Origin: Mobula hypostoma
Lineage: Eukaryota
Direction: 5' to 3'
DNA length: 64,000 nucleotides
Assembly: GCF_963921235.1 (NCBI RefSeq)
Contig: NC_086108.1
Coordinates: forward strand, 92,196,001 to 92,260,000
In this document: positions 26,186-38,524 of the stretch, piece after piece
How the letters are laid out: the number at the start of each line of letters is the position of its first letter
Position numbering within the stretch: position 1 is the stretch's first letter
Translations under genes and position numbers: made by a program
Notes under the pieces: model-generated
Told to the model about the DNA's origin: nothing
The model's database searches: none
The model's input: the letters and a program-made list of their open reading frames with translations, nothing else

Positions 26186-27271
26186 AGTAATGACTGTTCT
26201 CTTCAGAATCTTCTGTAAATCAGAACATTATAAATGCACAGATGCACAGTTGGAAACTGTTTACTCTTTTTCTAGTATTCCATTTTAACTTGGCTCACCA
26301 GGAAAACACTATCCAGCTGTTGTGTGATGGCCCATAATGGGCTCATGAATGCACGTACGGTGTTATCAAAATTTTAAAGAAGGATATTATAGCAAGAATT
26401 ATCTTCCTGTAAGCAACTATTGACACAAGACAATTATCATAGGATAAAATGGAGTCATAGGTACAGCTTGGGTTTGGAAAAATGCACAGGTTCATGCAGT
26501 TCAAAGTTGAAGAGAGCAACGTTGGTAAGAGAATTTTGTAATGGACGGTAAGATGGGCAGGCAGTAAGGATAAGGTGGGTCTGAGTATGATGGCAATTGC
26601 AAGATTAATATTCTTTATTCTATAAAGAGAATGAATGAACTGACACAACATAAGTATTAGGGGAATAGTACTAAGCATTTTTCATGATATTATCAATAAA
26701 TCAATTACATTGGAGAAGTGGAAATTACAGGAAACATTCTGCATGGATCCAGAGGGAAGTTAATTTTTCATACATTCACTGTTTTTTTGTGGAGTGTGAC
26801 TGGTGCTCCTTCATCTAAAATAACTTTCTTTTCTCTTACATAAAAGCTGGCCTAAGTGTAAAATCTTTGTATTTACGTTGGCTTTGCAGACACAGAAACA
26901 CACACATCCCAAGTAATTGGCAGCTTGCTGGTCATTTTCACAGCAGGTTTATGAAGTGAAAATAACCAAAAAAGTAAATATATTAAACTCATTGTTGATT
27001 GATTGCACCACGAGCATTTCGAATAAACCACCATCTGATCAGCAAACCTTGTAAAGTCCCACCGTTAATAATGACTACCTTACATAGGGTAATACTGAGA
27101 TCAAGGAGCATGTCAGTCTACACATTTACAGGAGAACAATGAAATTAGAACTGGTGCAGGAGAAAGTAGAAGCAGATGCAGGCATTTTACCCTTTAACAC
27201 GGTCTAAAACCTTGATGCCTTCATGGCTTGGTTGTAATCTTCCCCATATACTGTATCACTTAATAACTTAT

Positions 27272-27740
27272 GAATCAGAATTAGAGTCAGATTTATTATC
27301 ATTATCTTAGATTAAGTGAAATTTATTGATCTGCAGCAGCAGTACACTGTAAAGACATAAAATTACTATAAAATACAGAAATAAATAACTTGCTTAAATA
27401 AATGAAAAATGAGATAGTGTTCACAGGTTTCTGGACCCTTCAAAACACTGGACAATAACTGGGGAGGGGAGTAAGATCTTTCTCAATTATTAAGTGTGGG
27501 TCTGCAGGCTCCTGTACCTCCTCCAAGATGGTAGTAACAAGAAGAGGGCATGTCCTGCCTTCTTGAGGCGTTGCCTTGTGAAGATGGTGAGATGTGGTAC
27601 GTGAGATGGAGCTTGCTGTGTCTGAGTCTATAGCCTCTGCAATCTCTTATGATCCTGTGCTTTGGAACCTCCATACCAGGCTATGATATCACCAGTCAGA
27701 ATGCTCCCCACTGTAGAAATTTGAAAGAGTTTTTGGATGA
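27272..27740 (-). mobile_element. Rex1/Babar LINE 3' fragment
   Basis: Reverse-complement tail (gaatcagaattagagtcagatttattatc) plus gaagagggcatgtcctg coding remnant. Confidence 0.7.
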
Positions 27741-27919
27741 CTAATTTTAAAGCTCATATTAAAATTTGTCACATGATTTGGCATTAAATGACATTTGAAG
27801 AAAAGAATTCCAAATCCCACCTCTGAATCCATGTTTCCTCACATCATTCCTTAAAAGGCCAGCTCTAATTTGCAGTTCTACTTGTGTATTTTCCTGCACT
27901 ACTCAACCAAAGCAAACAA

Positions 27920-28615
27920 CCTATCTTGCACTCAACAAACTTGCACTCAACAACAACGGGACCAAGGAATTGATAGTGAACTTCAGGAAGGGGAGGTCAG
28001 GAGAACACACCAGTCCTCATTGAGGGATCAACAGTGGAAAGAGTGAGCAGATTCAGGTTCCAGGGTGTCAAACATCTTGGAGGATCTATCTTGGACCCAA
28101 CACATGGATGCAATCACAAAGAAGGCAGACCAGTGCCTCTACTTCATTATGAGTTTGAGGAGATTTGTTATGTCCCCAAAGACTCTAGAAATTTCTTACA
28201 TGGAGAGCATTCTGACTGGTTGTATCATCACCTGATGTGGAGGATCCAATGACCAGATTGAAAGGAGCTGCAGAGGTTTGTAGGCTCAGCAAGTTCAATC
28301 ATGGACACAAGCCTCCCCACCATTGAAAGGTTCTTCAATAGGTGCCAAAGAAGGTGGCATCCATCATTACCCTAATCATCTGGGACATGCCCTCTTCTCT
28401 TTTCTACCATGGGAGAGAAGGTATAGGAGCCTGAAGATGCACACTCAAGGTTTTTCCCTTCTCCTCCGCCATCAGATTTCCGAGTAGTCCATGAGTCCAT
28501 GAATGCTACCTCACCATTTCCACTGTTTCGCTATTTTATGTTTTATTGTAACTTATAATATTTCTTATGTCTTGCACTGTACTGGTTCCACAAAACAGCA
28601 CTTTTCATAACACTG
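27920..28615 (+). mobile_element. Rex1/Babar LINE 3' fragment
   Basis: Collinear with 5950-6525 (gaccaaggaattgatagtgaacttcagg...gacatgccctcttctc). Confidence 0.8.
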
Positions 28616-28624
28616 TACATCAAT

Positions 28625-29640
28625 GCTTGTAATAGTCTTGCCATTTACTAGATATTTCCCTCTTCCATCTGACCTCCCAAAGTACAATGCTCTCCACTTG
28701 TTTGAATTAAATTTCATCTCCCATTTCTCTACCCATCATTCCAACTGTATTCTGCTGAATCCTTAGACAATTTTTCTCATTCAATTCTCCATCAACTTTC
28801 ATGTCATCTGCAAACTTAATAATCAGCCCTACCTACGTTGTCAATGAAATCACTAGTACATCTGATAAACAAGAGTCCTAACCTGCTGGTCACAGACTTC
28901 CAGTCAGAATAACACTCCTCCATCATTACCCTCTGTCTTCTAAGGCCAAGCCAATTGTGAATCCCACCTACAAAATCTCCATGGATCCCATGTGCCCTAA
29001 TCTTCTGGATCAGCCTACCATGAGAGACAACGTTCACTGCTCTACCCTCCCTGTCAACTCTTCAAAAATCTCAATCAAGTTTCTAAGACATGATCTCCCC
29101 CATACATTTTTTCCAGATGCAAGTGGATTCTATCCCTTAGAATATTCTCCAATAATTTCCCTACAGCTGATGTAAAAACTCACCAGACTATAATTTCTTG
29201 GTTTGCCTTTTTTCTCTTCTTAAACAGAGGAACAACATCAGTTATTCTCCAATTCCCTGGGACCTCACCAGTGGCTAAAACTATCAAAGCTATCACAGTG
29301 CTATCAAAGCCCCAGCAATCTCCTCTCTAAATAACCTAGGATAGATCCCATCAGATCCTGGGGATTTATCTACATTAATGTTCCTCACGAGCCCCAACAC
29401 CTCCTTCTTCTTGATGTCAACAATGCCTAGAATATCAGCATACTCTTCCCTGATCTTACTATTGTCCATGTCCTGTCTGGTGAATCCTGATGTGATGTAC
29501 ACATTTAAAACCTTTTCCCAGGCATAAATCTCCTCCTCTTTGCTTGAGTGGTCTTACACTCTCCCTAGTTACCCCCTCGTTAGTAATGGATACATAAAGA
29601 CCTTTGGGGTTCCCTTTAACTCTACTACCCAAGGATATTT
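28625..29640 (-). mobile_element. CR1 ORF2 fragments, decayed
   Basis: KSPGSDGIYPRLFRE and SHGRLIQKIRAHGIHG...RRQRVMMEECYSDWKSVTS. Confidence 0.85.
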
Positions 29641-30484
29641 GTGCATGCAATAGTGCGCATGTGCCGGTCGTGCATGCAGCCTGGTACAGCCATTCCGATC
29701 TATTCTTACTTTCTTCTTCTTACTTTTTAAATTTACGTTATTTTTTGTTTTTTTTTCTCACAGTAACACGTCAAAGCTGCACCCTCTCCAACATGCTAGT
29801 AGAGAGAGTTTTATTTAGGTTTTCTTTAGCGCTGGAAATGGTTACATCCCAGAATGCGGGACAGAAGCAAGGTCGCGTTGTGGATTCCACAGACCAGCAA
29901 ATACCAGCCGGCTTAGCGAACAGAGCGGTGGACACCCCTGCTGAAATCCAGAGGAAAACACACAGAGGGGGATCACAAAGCCGAGGAATGATGACAGGAT
30001 CGTGACAACAGAGACTTTTGGAGAAGAGGAGTTCGGTGGGTAATACCGTTCCGGCTGACCGGAAGTGCACCGAGAGCGGTAAGCGTAAAGGAATTGGGTG
30101 CTTACTGTTCTGGCTAACAACGGATGGTGCAATCTGACGTATATTACGATCGAGGAACGTGTTTGCAGACAGGATATTGAACTTTTTACTGCTGGACTTC
30201 AGCCACATTCCACCGTGATACAACACTTGGTGGCACGGGAGGTCGTTCCTGCCTGTGGCCATCGAACGTGCAGCTCCTCCCGTGGAGGGTCAGACACCCT
30301 GAGCCAATAGACTGGTCGTGGTCTTATTTTCCATCTGGCATAGTTTGCATTTTGGTGTTTGATTGTTGGGGTTTTTTGTATTGCTATATTTACGCTCTAT
30401 TCTTGGTTGGTGCGGCTGCAACGAAACCAAATTTCCCTCAGGATTAATGAAGTATATCTATCTATCTATCTATCTACCTATCTA
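29641..30484 (+). mobile_element. Internally deleted Rex1/Babar derivative nested in CR1
   Basis: 5' region, an APE remnant (ADRKCTESGKRKG; NNGWCN...ERVCRQDIEL), then a 3' end matching 44871-45135 with a (CTAT)n tail; atattt on both flanks. Confidence 0.8.
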
Positions 30485-31154
30485 TATTTTATAGCCCCTT
30501 TTAGCACTCCCAATTCCTTTCTGAAATAACCTCATACTATGTCAAATGAAAAGACGCAATTCTTAACCTAGTTCAGATCTTCTAAGACAAACTTGTCGGG
30601 ATCTATCCTGTGTAGGGAGACCCTGAAGAACAATATGGTTTCTGACATAAGTTCCATCACATGTGAAGCCGTAAACACCCTCATCTATGAAAATGCTGAA
30701 AATGGTATTTCACACCTAGGTAAACCCCAACTTTGGCTTAGCTGGCTGTCAAAACTGTCAAAAAAACTTTGAATGCTAATAATATTTTTCTGACACTCAG
30801 AATATTCCAAAACCAAGTTATTCAACCTAATCAGAAATTTTAAGAGCTATTACAAACAAAAATTGTGAAGAATGTCACATCAGAACCCAGAAGGAAAATC
30901 ATTGGAAAAAAGCCTCCAGTGAGTACACCTTATCACAGTCAATCTCATACAGTATGTAATCCATCATGTAAATCTTTTTTGCATTCTTTCAAGGTTAACC
31001 ACATCTTTCCTATAACAAGCTGACCAGAACAGTACAGGAAATCCAAGTGCGGCCATACCAGTGACTTGTGCCAGACTAGCTCCACTCTGGTGTGGGACAT
31101 CCTTTGAAGCTGCTGGATTCTGATGGTTTGCTTCAGAACTGCCACCCAGGTCAG

Positions 31155-31420
31155 GTGAAGGGGAGTCAGTTTAAAGGAGAACTGAAGGGTTCATTTTTCA
31201 TACAGAAAGCAGTTTGTATCTGGAATGAGCTGCCAGACGAGATGGTGGTGGAAGCAGGGACAGTCGTCATGTGTAAGAGGCATCTGGACAGGGACCTGAA
31301 TGAGCAGGACACAGAGAGATATGGAATTAATATAGGCTTGGTATAGATAGGCATTAGGGTTAGAAAAGACACAATGGACTAAAGAGCTTGTTTCTAAACT
31401 GTACAAATCTGTGACTCTGT
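31155..31420 (+). mobile_element. CR1 LINE 3' end
   Basis: FKGELKGSFFIQKAVCIWNELPDEMVVEAG. Confidence 0.75.
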
Positions 31421-31814
31421 AATGGTAGGTATGACTCGGTTAGTCTGAACCAGACTTGATGGCATTTATGAGACAAAGTATGAAGTATGAATTCTAAACT
31501 AGCATCCTTTAGCAATTTAATGTTTTAATCTACACTGATTGGCGTAATATTTTCTGTATATGGTGCTAAAGAATAATGTTTTATTAACAGGGCTGAACAT
31601 TTCATATGGTACATGTTACTCCAACAACACTTATTCTATAATGACTGCTTCCATTACTGTCATTATTGCAAAATAGTCATATCATATAACTACCACTCAC
31701 CACTTCTTCCAAGAAGTCATACCTGCTGATCATTGTCACCCTCTATTATCTAATTTTAAGGGTCCCACTTCACAACGGACTATCCTTTTCTTTCAAGTGT
31801 AATGTTAAAAAAAC

Positions 31815-32365
31815 AGGGTGCCACAGTAGGGTAGCAGCTAGCGCGACCCTATCACAGCTGGAGGAGATCCAGAGTTCAGAATTCAATTCCGGCACCGTTC
31901 TTTCAGGTCACGCTCTCTTCTCACTGCTACCATCCGGTCGAAAGTACAGGTGCCTCAGGACTCACACCACCAGGTTCAAGAACAATTACTACCCCTCAAC
32001 CATCAGGAACTTGAACAAAAGAGGATAGATACACTCACTTAAGGACTCTGTTATATTGCTGTTTCATGCTCGTTATTTACTGCTATTTATTTATATCTGC
32101 ATTTGCACCGTTTGTTTACAGTTTACAATTACTAAGTATGCCTGCAGAGAAAGAATCTCAGGGTTGTATGTGCTGATATGTATGTGCTCTGATAATAAAT
32201 TTGACTTTGAACTTTCGTACTTTGTTCTGTAAGGAGTCTGCATGTCCTCCCTGTGGAATCTGTGGGCCTTCCCCGGTCCCAAGTTAATTGATCATTGTAA
32301 ATTGTCCCATGGTTAGGTTAGGGCTAAATCGGGGTTGGGGTTTGCTGAGGTAGCATGGCTCGAAT
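31815..32365 (+). mobile_element. HE1-like SINE split by a Rex1 3' fragment (31902-32223)
   Basis: SINE head at 31815-31901 resumes at 32224; 5-bp duplication gttct at 31897-31901 and 32224-32228. Confidence 0.8.
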
Positions 32366-32643
32366 CCCCTGGATCCGAATGTACTTTTTTTCATTTTTGT
32401 ACACTTAAGCTTCTAGTTTATGTTGTCCCATACATCCTGTCTGTATGTTCACTATCTAAGCATTTGTGTTGAGGAGTAAAAGATGGTTTTGTAACTCAAG
32501 TTCCAATTTTTACTACTTCCCATTGTCTTACCGCCATTTTACATTTTACCCTTGAGTATATTATGCTACTTTTTTCTAGATTTTCAGAATCAAGTTTAAT
32601 ATCACTGACATATGTCATGAAATTTGTAGTTTTGCAGCAGCAG

Positions 32644-32668
32644 TATATATATATATATATATATATAT
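32644..32668. repeat. (TA)n microsatellite
   Basis: Direct reading; adjacent to a remnant of the gcctaagacttttg Tc1 TIR. Confidence 0.9.
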
Positions 32669-32944
32669 CACTGTGCACATATCTTGGCTATGCTGCCTAA
32701 GACTTTTGTATTTGTCAATGTGGAGAGTGGAGAGCGGGGAGCAAGTTTGTAAATCTGGCGGGAGCAAAGGATGTTGGGAATGGTGAGGGTAGAGTGTTGT
32801 GGGAGGGGTGTGGGACAGGTGGCAGAGAAGGAGTGCTAGGGGCACTGGGTGCAGACACACCCAGTCCCAAGACAGCAGGCAAGGTCATTTGATTCCAACA
32901 ATTAGTTTATTGATCATTACAGAATGTCCCTCTCCTGCATCCTG

Positions 32945-33480
32945 CTATCCCAGGGTGGAAATGTCTAATACCAGAGGGCATGCATTTAAGGTGAGAGGGG
33001 GTAGGTTCGAAGGAGAAGTAAGAGACAAGTTTTTACACAGAGTGGTGGGTGCCCGGAATGCGCTGCCCAGAGGCAGGTACATTAGGGACGTTTAAGAGAA
33101 GTTTAGATAGGCACGTGAATGTGAGGGAAATCAAAGGATATGGACATTGTGTAGGCAGAAGGGAGTCGTTTAGTTGGCCATTCTTCTCCTCTACCATCCG
33201 ACTTCCGAATGGACGTTGAACCCATGAACACTACCTCACCACTTTTTATTTCTGTTTTTGCACTACTTATTTAACTCTTTAATGTGCATATATATGGTAT
33301 AATTCACAGTTTTTTTTCAATATTATCACATATTGCATTGTACTGCTCCTACAAAGTTAGCAAATTTCATGACATATGCGGGTGATATTAAACCTGATTC
33401 TGATAGCTAATTTAATGGGGTCGGCACAACATTGCAGCTAAAGGGCTTGTCCCTGTTCTGTACCGTTCTATGCTCTATTC
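32945..33480 (+). mobile_element. CR1 3' end interrupted by a Rex1 tail (about 33181-33403)
   Basis: PRVEMSNTRGHAFKVRGGRF; the CR1 tail resumes after aaacctgattctga. Confidence 0.7.
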
Positions 33481-34799
33481 TCTAAATGAATCTAACTTCA
33501 TATTTCATTCTGTAGCTCTCCAATTTTTTTTTGCTTTGAAGCTGTGAAATCATTCATTCTAATAAGGGCAGATGTGGCTCAGAAGCACCAGTAATTTTAC
33601 AGCATGACAGACGGGAAAATTGGCAAAACAATTAAATCTTAACTAATAGTTAGCAGACAGACGGGTGATTTAGTGCCTGCCTGACAGTTGTTTATCATTA
33701 ACTTTGAGATTTGTTGCAAGTGAACTAGTTACACCTACTTATGCAGAAACACAGACGTATACAGTAGGTAGTGTAGCATAAAAGATGTGGCTGACATTCA
33801 AGTTACTGAGGCTGTGCTGCCCACAGCTATTTCTATTGATAGGTGTGAATGGCACCGAGTTCGCTTGACTTGGTTAATTGCTGAACTGAGACTAGACGAT
33901 TCTGTTCTACATACATAGATTGAGTGTGTTTGTGTAACAGTTGCAACAAACATTTTTATTGTCACCCGTGATGAACCAGATGAAAACCTTCTTGTCCTGT
34001 CATTCCTATGCTATTTGTAAATGGAAGATTAATTTTGGTCCTTTGGGATGTTCCTGTTTCTTCCAAGATTTTTTGTGACAGGCTGTCACTCCCTACAGCT
34101 ACAGCAGAGAATACTGACAGGCTTGCTACTCCAATACTACAGCTCTTTCGTTTTCTTTCTCATTACTTTTTACACATTCATAGAGTCTTAAAACTAAACA
34201 TATTGCACAGCATATCCAGTTGATTGATATTAATAAGAATCTCTGTGACTGACAAGAAAATGGAAGTTAAGCCATGCCATTTGAACTCTGAATTTACTGC
34301 CACTGAATGAGCACTTCAATCTTGTTATGCCCACAGTTTGCCAGATTTATGAACGGTTGTACTTTCTCTGATATTAAAAATTATTGTTGCTGGGTGTTAC
34401 CACATGAAGGCAATACTGAGCTGTAATCTCGCAAACAGATGGATTTAGGTTTGGTTCTTTAGAGTTCCATTTGTAAAAGCTACACATGAGAGAACCAGGG
34501 AACACTTCAATAAAATTGTAGGAACTGAAGCGAATATGAATAATGGACCTTGTGGTATGTGACCCCTCTCATTGGTGCATCACCAGTGACGGATGGAGAA
34601 GTTCAAAGCAATGTTTACACAACGATCCTGGCTGGTGGAAGACTTTTCTGGTAAGACTGAAAGATGTTCTGATTTAAAAAGATCTTTTTTACTTCAGATT
34701 TCCAGCATCTGCAGTAGTTTGAGTTTATATGTAAAGGGAGGTCAGATGGATGAGGAAGAGTCAAAAGAGTCAAAAGACTAGAAATATTATGCCATGTAA

Positions 34800-35520
34800 A
34801 CTGAAGACTGAAAGACTTAGATAGAGTGGATATACAGACATTGTTTCCAATAGTGAGAAGTCAAGGACCAGAGGGCACAGCCTCAGAATACAAGCAGGTC
34901 CCTTTAGAACAGAGATGAGGAGGAATTTCTTTAGCCAGAGGGTGGCAAATCTGTGGAATTCATTGTCACTGACACCTGTGGTGGCCAAGTCATTGGCCAT
35001 ATTTAAAGTGGAGGTTGCTGATAGGCTCTTGATTAGAAGGGGTATTAAAGGTTACAGAGGGAAGGCAGAATTGGGATTGAAGGGGCAAATAAATCAGCCA
35101 TTTTTGAATGGTGGAGCACATTCGTTAGCCCAAGTGGGCCAGTTCTGCTCCTATGTTTTATGGTCTTATGATTTTATAAAGAGATTTAGGGGTCATTGGG
35201 CATTAAATACATATTTCACTAAGTAGGGGTGTATGGAGCCTGGGTATCTAGAACAAGGGCCTGCCCGTTTCAAACAGAGATGCACAGACAATTTTTTTCT
35301 TTCAGAGGGCTGGGAATCTTTGGAGTTCTCTGCACCAAAAAGTTGCAGAGGCCAAATCATTAATATTTTCGAGGTGTTGATCGAAAGACATTTATACTAG
35401 AAGGCAGTTAAGGAATATGAGGGGAGACTGAAGTTATGACCAAAACTGGATCAGTCTTGATCTTATTCCATGGAGAAACATGCTCGTGGGACCAATTGCC
35501 TTGATCCTACTCTAGTTATT
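34800..35520 (+). mobile_element. Two tandem CR1 3' ends
   Basis: MRRNFFSQRVANLWNSL with a ttatggtcttatg tail, then a second more decayed copy. Confidence 0.75.
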
Positions 35521-35679
35521 ATGTTCTTTAATAGCAGGAGGGTCATTCTAGCAATCAGCTTACTGCTTGCAAGTATCAGCCAATGAGCTCCAGTGATCAA
35601 AGCCAAGGAAAATATAGATAGTGGGTTCACTGGTGCATGAATGGTCTGGCATGACAGTTCAAACACACAGGAATTTTGG

Positions 35680-36135
35680 AGTCTCATTAGAGTAGTGGGC
35701 TCAACCCAAGTACATCAAGGGCCCATTCCTCCACACCACTGGTGTTATCTGCTGAAGGTACTACCACAAGAAGGCAACCTCTATTATCAAAGATCCCCAC
35801 AGTCTGGGCCAGGCCATCTTCTTGCAGCTCCCATCAGACAGGACATACGGAAATCTGAAGCCCCATCCTACCAGGTTCAAGAACAGATACTTCCCTTCAA
35901 CTATTCAGTCTTGAACCAACCAGCAAAGCCCAAATCACTACAGTTTAGCAGCATTATGTCCATTTTGATCACTCTGCACCAAAATGAACATTATTTTTGT
36001 TTTAATTGTGTTCTTTCTAGTAAAAATTGTGCACGATTTATCTTTAATTTATTGTCTTCCTCCTGCAAGTGAGTTTGTTTTTGCATCTCTGCATATATGC
36101 ATTGTGCACATGGCAATGAACTTGACCTTGACTTT
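35680..36135 (+). mobile_element. Rex1/Babar 3' fragment
   Basis: ccaggccatcttcttgcagctcccatcag...accaggttcaagaacagatacttccc remnant. Confidence 0.7.
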
Positions 36136-37084
36136 GTTATACATGTCAGTAGCTACTAGAAGAACAATGTAGTTTTCATTGTTAAAAAGATGATGTTTAA
36201 GGCTAGTCTAGGGTTCATGATGGACAACAATCATAGACAAGCAATTGGTGCCTGGTTTGGGTAATGAACAAGATGGTTAGCCAGTGAGTGTAGGTGAAGG
36301 TGGCTGTCCACAAGCAAGATCACGGCCATTGAGGGTATGGTGAAGAGTAGATAAGGTGCCCTTGCAAGTAAAAGTGAGGCTTAACAACAGGAACAAAATC
36401 AGGAGCAAGATTAGAGGGAGGGAGGTGTTGAAATTAAAGGATCAGGAAAGAAATTATGAAATGAGAGGAAGCTGGGGGAAGTGTGAAGATCAAGATCTGG
36501 GGAAGATTAAAGGGGAGCCACTTTGGGAGTGAGGAAAAAAACTTGGGATCATAGGGTGAGAAGTATATTCTGATGACTGGGAGAAAATATTATGGGAAGA
36601 AAGATAATGAGGAAATCAGCTTTGGCAAATCAAGAGTAGAACACTGGATCAGAAGGAAGTTCAGTAGATTAGGAATGAGACTGGGGATTGGGAGGAAATT
36701 TGGAAACGTCAGAGTAAGAGCAGAGGTCAGGTATATGATCAAGGTTTGAGAAAGAAATCAGGGATGTGGAAGTATATGTGTGAGAATTATCAGTTTCACA
36801 CTTCACATTGGGAAAATCTATTTTAATTTAGTAATCTTTGAATGGAACAAATAATAATTGCCAAAGATATTAAAATAATATGTCCATTATGTCCAGTCCC
36901 AGTTAGTGCTTTGTTTTTAGGCGTTGTGGCTTTGGGAACCCAAATAAGGTTATCTGCTTGAAAGTATCAGGAGAACATCTGAGACAAACAGGTATCATGA
37001 TGATTGTGATATTTAGGGAGGTAGAGCTAACCAATAAGACATTCTAAAAATGGCCCTTCTGCATGACCAATATACAGTATTACC

Positions 37085-37390
37085 AGCAAAGGAAATGCTT
37101 CAAATCAGTCTGAGGAAATTCAGCATTGCATCTAAAAACTGGGAAGCCTTTGCACTCCATCAATAAACATGGAGGAAATCTGTTCAAGAGGGAGCTGTTC
37201 AATATGAAAACCACCTCCACTCTGCTGCAGAGAACAAGCGGCGTTTGCAAAAGGAGAGATTGAATAACCAGAAGGCCCAACCATTAACCACAGCCACCAC
37301 TTACCCTTACCCACACTGCACCAGGATATGTGGATCCCTGGTTGGTCTCTATAGCTACCTGAGGACCCACTATTAGGAAACCCTTCTGGA
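37085..37390 (+). mobile_element. RTE-clade LINE 3' end
   Basis: Manual translation gives TWRKSVQEGAVQYE...YPYPHCTRICGSLVGLYSYLRTH, a decayed C-terminal C2H2-like motif of RTE ORFs. Confidence 0.75.
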
Positions 37391-37764
37391 GAACATCATA
37401 CTGGACTTGGGCAAACACACTGCTATAAAAAGGTTCATGAACTGATTCCAATTATTGCACAGATGCTGCCAATTTAAAATAAGAGAAAGTATCAAGAAAC
37501 TCCAACAAGAATATCCTCTCACCATCCTCCTCAGAATCTTATCTCTCAATAAGATTATCTCTTATCCTTCTGTACTCCAATGTAACTGCAGACTGCAGAA
37601 TGTTCTTCATGTGCGAGTTTCTTCATCCCAGGAATCAACCAAGTGAACATTCTCTCTACTGCCTCAAATACAACGATATCCTTCCTTTGAAATGGACACT
37701 TAAACTGTTGTCTGTGAAGCTGTATCAAAACCCTTCTGACATTGTGTCCCATTCTCCACTATCA

Positions 37765-38210
37765 AGTGGCGGCATCCGTTAGTCTCGCGAGACCATGGAT
37801 CTGCACCTGGAAAGTCTTGCTTCAGTCTGTCTCTCCAGGGTGCAGGCCTGGGCAAGGCTCTATGGAAGACCGGCAATTGCCTATGCAGCAAGTCTCCCCT
37901 CTCCAAGACACCGATGTTGTCCAAGGGAAGGGCGAGGGCCGATACAGCTTGGCACCAGTGTCATCGCAGGAGTTGCCAGAACGAGGTTAAAAGCAACGTC
38001 GGACTTCCTTAGGGACTCCAACTCCAGATTTGTCCTCAGGGTTTACTCCCGAAGCCTTTCCCATGAGTGGATATGGCCGCAAGTCAGCAGAAGTTTGAAA
38101 TCAGAGTTTTCCCTTTCTTAGATGGACTGCGTTCCCGGGCTGACAAGCTCCATCTGCCCGAAGCACTGGTTTTCAGGTGCCAGGACCCACCTTCGCCCCT
38201 TCTCCTGACA
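37765..38210 (-). mobile_element. Bipartite RTE-derived non-autonomous element
   Basis: 3' half homologous to SINE 11935-12122 but with a different, non-tRNA head. Confidence 0.7.
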
Positions 38211-38458
38211 GGAAGGGGAAGGGAAGAGAACAGTCCAGCCTCAGGGTAATGGCAAAGACAGCCTGACTTACCCCCATAGAGGCAAGGACAGGATACTGAC
38301 AAGACAAACCTGCACCCACACACAAACCCAGAGCCACTTATATTCCCAGCCCAATTGAAACAAGGGACAGGTGCATCAGGTGCCTATGATTAAGCCCAAC
38401 TGAAACAAAGGACAGCCGGAAGACCCGGAGTCCGGAGTCCACGAACTGGACCGTGACA
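38211..38458 (-). mobile_element. Possible Gypsy-type LTR fragment
   Basis: Minus strand begins TGTCACGG and carries a TATAA box; the other terminus was not found. Confidence 0.4.
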
Positions 38459-38524
38459 ACTACCACTCCTCGGCTTGACAACCTTGGAACTATAAAGCAT
38501 AACATTCCATTAATTTTCCTAATT

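Noticed and set aside
26343..26678. 111-aa hydrophobic ORF as a possible NUMT or membrane-protein exon
   Set aside because: No recognisable mitochondrial or nuclear motif and no convincing splice sites; AT-rich composition explains the hydrophobicity.
36240..36790. Purine-rich stretch
   Set aside because: Compositional bias only; no periodicity or coding signal discerned.
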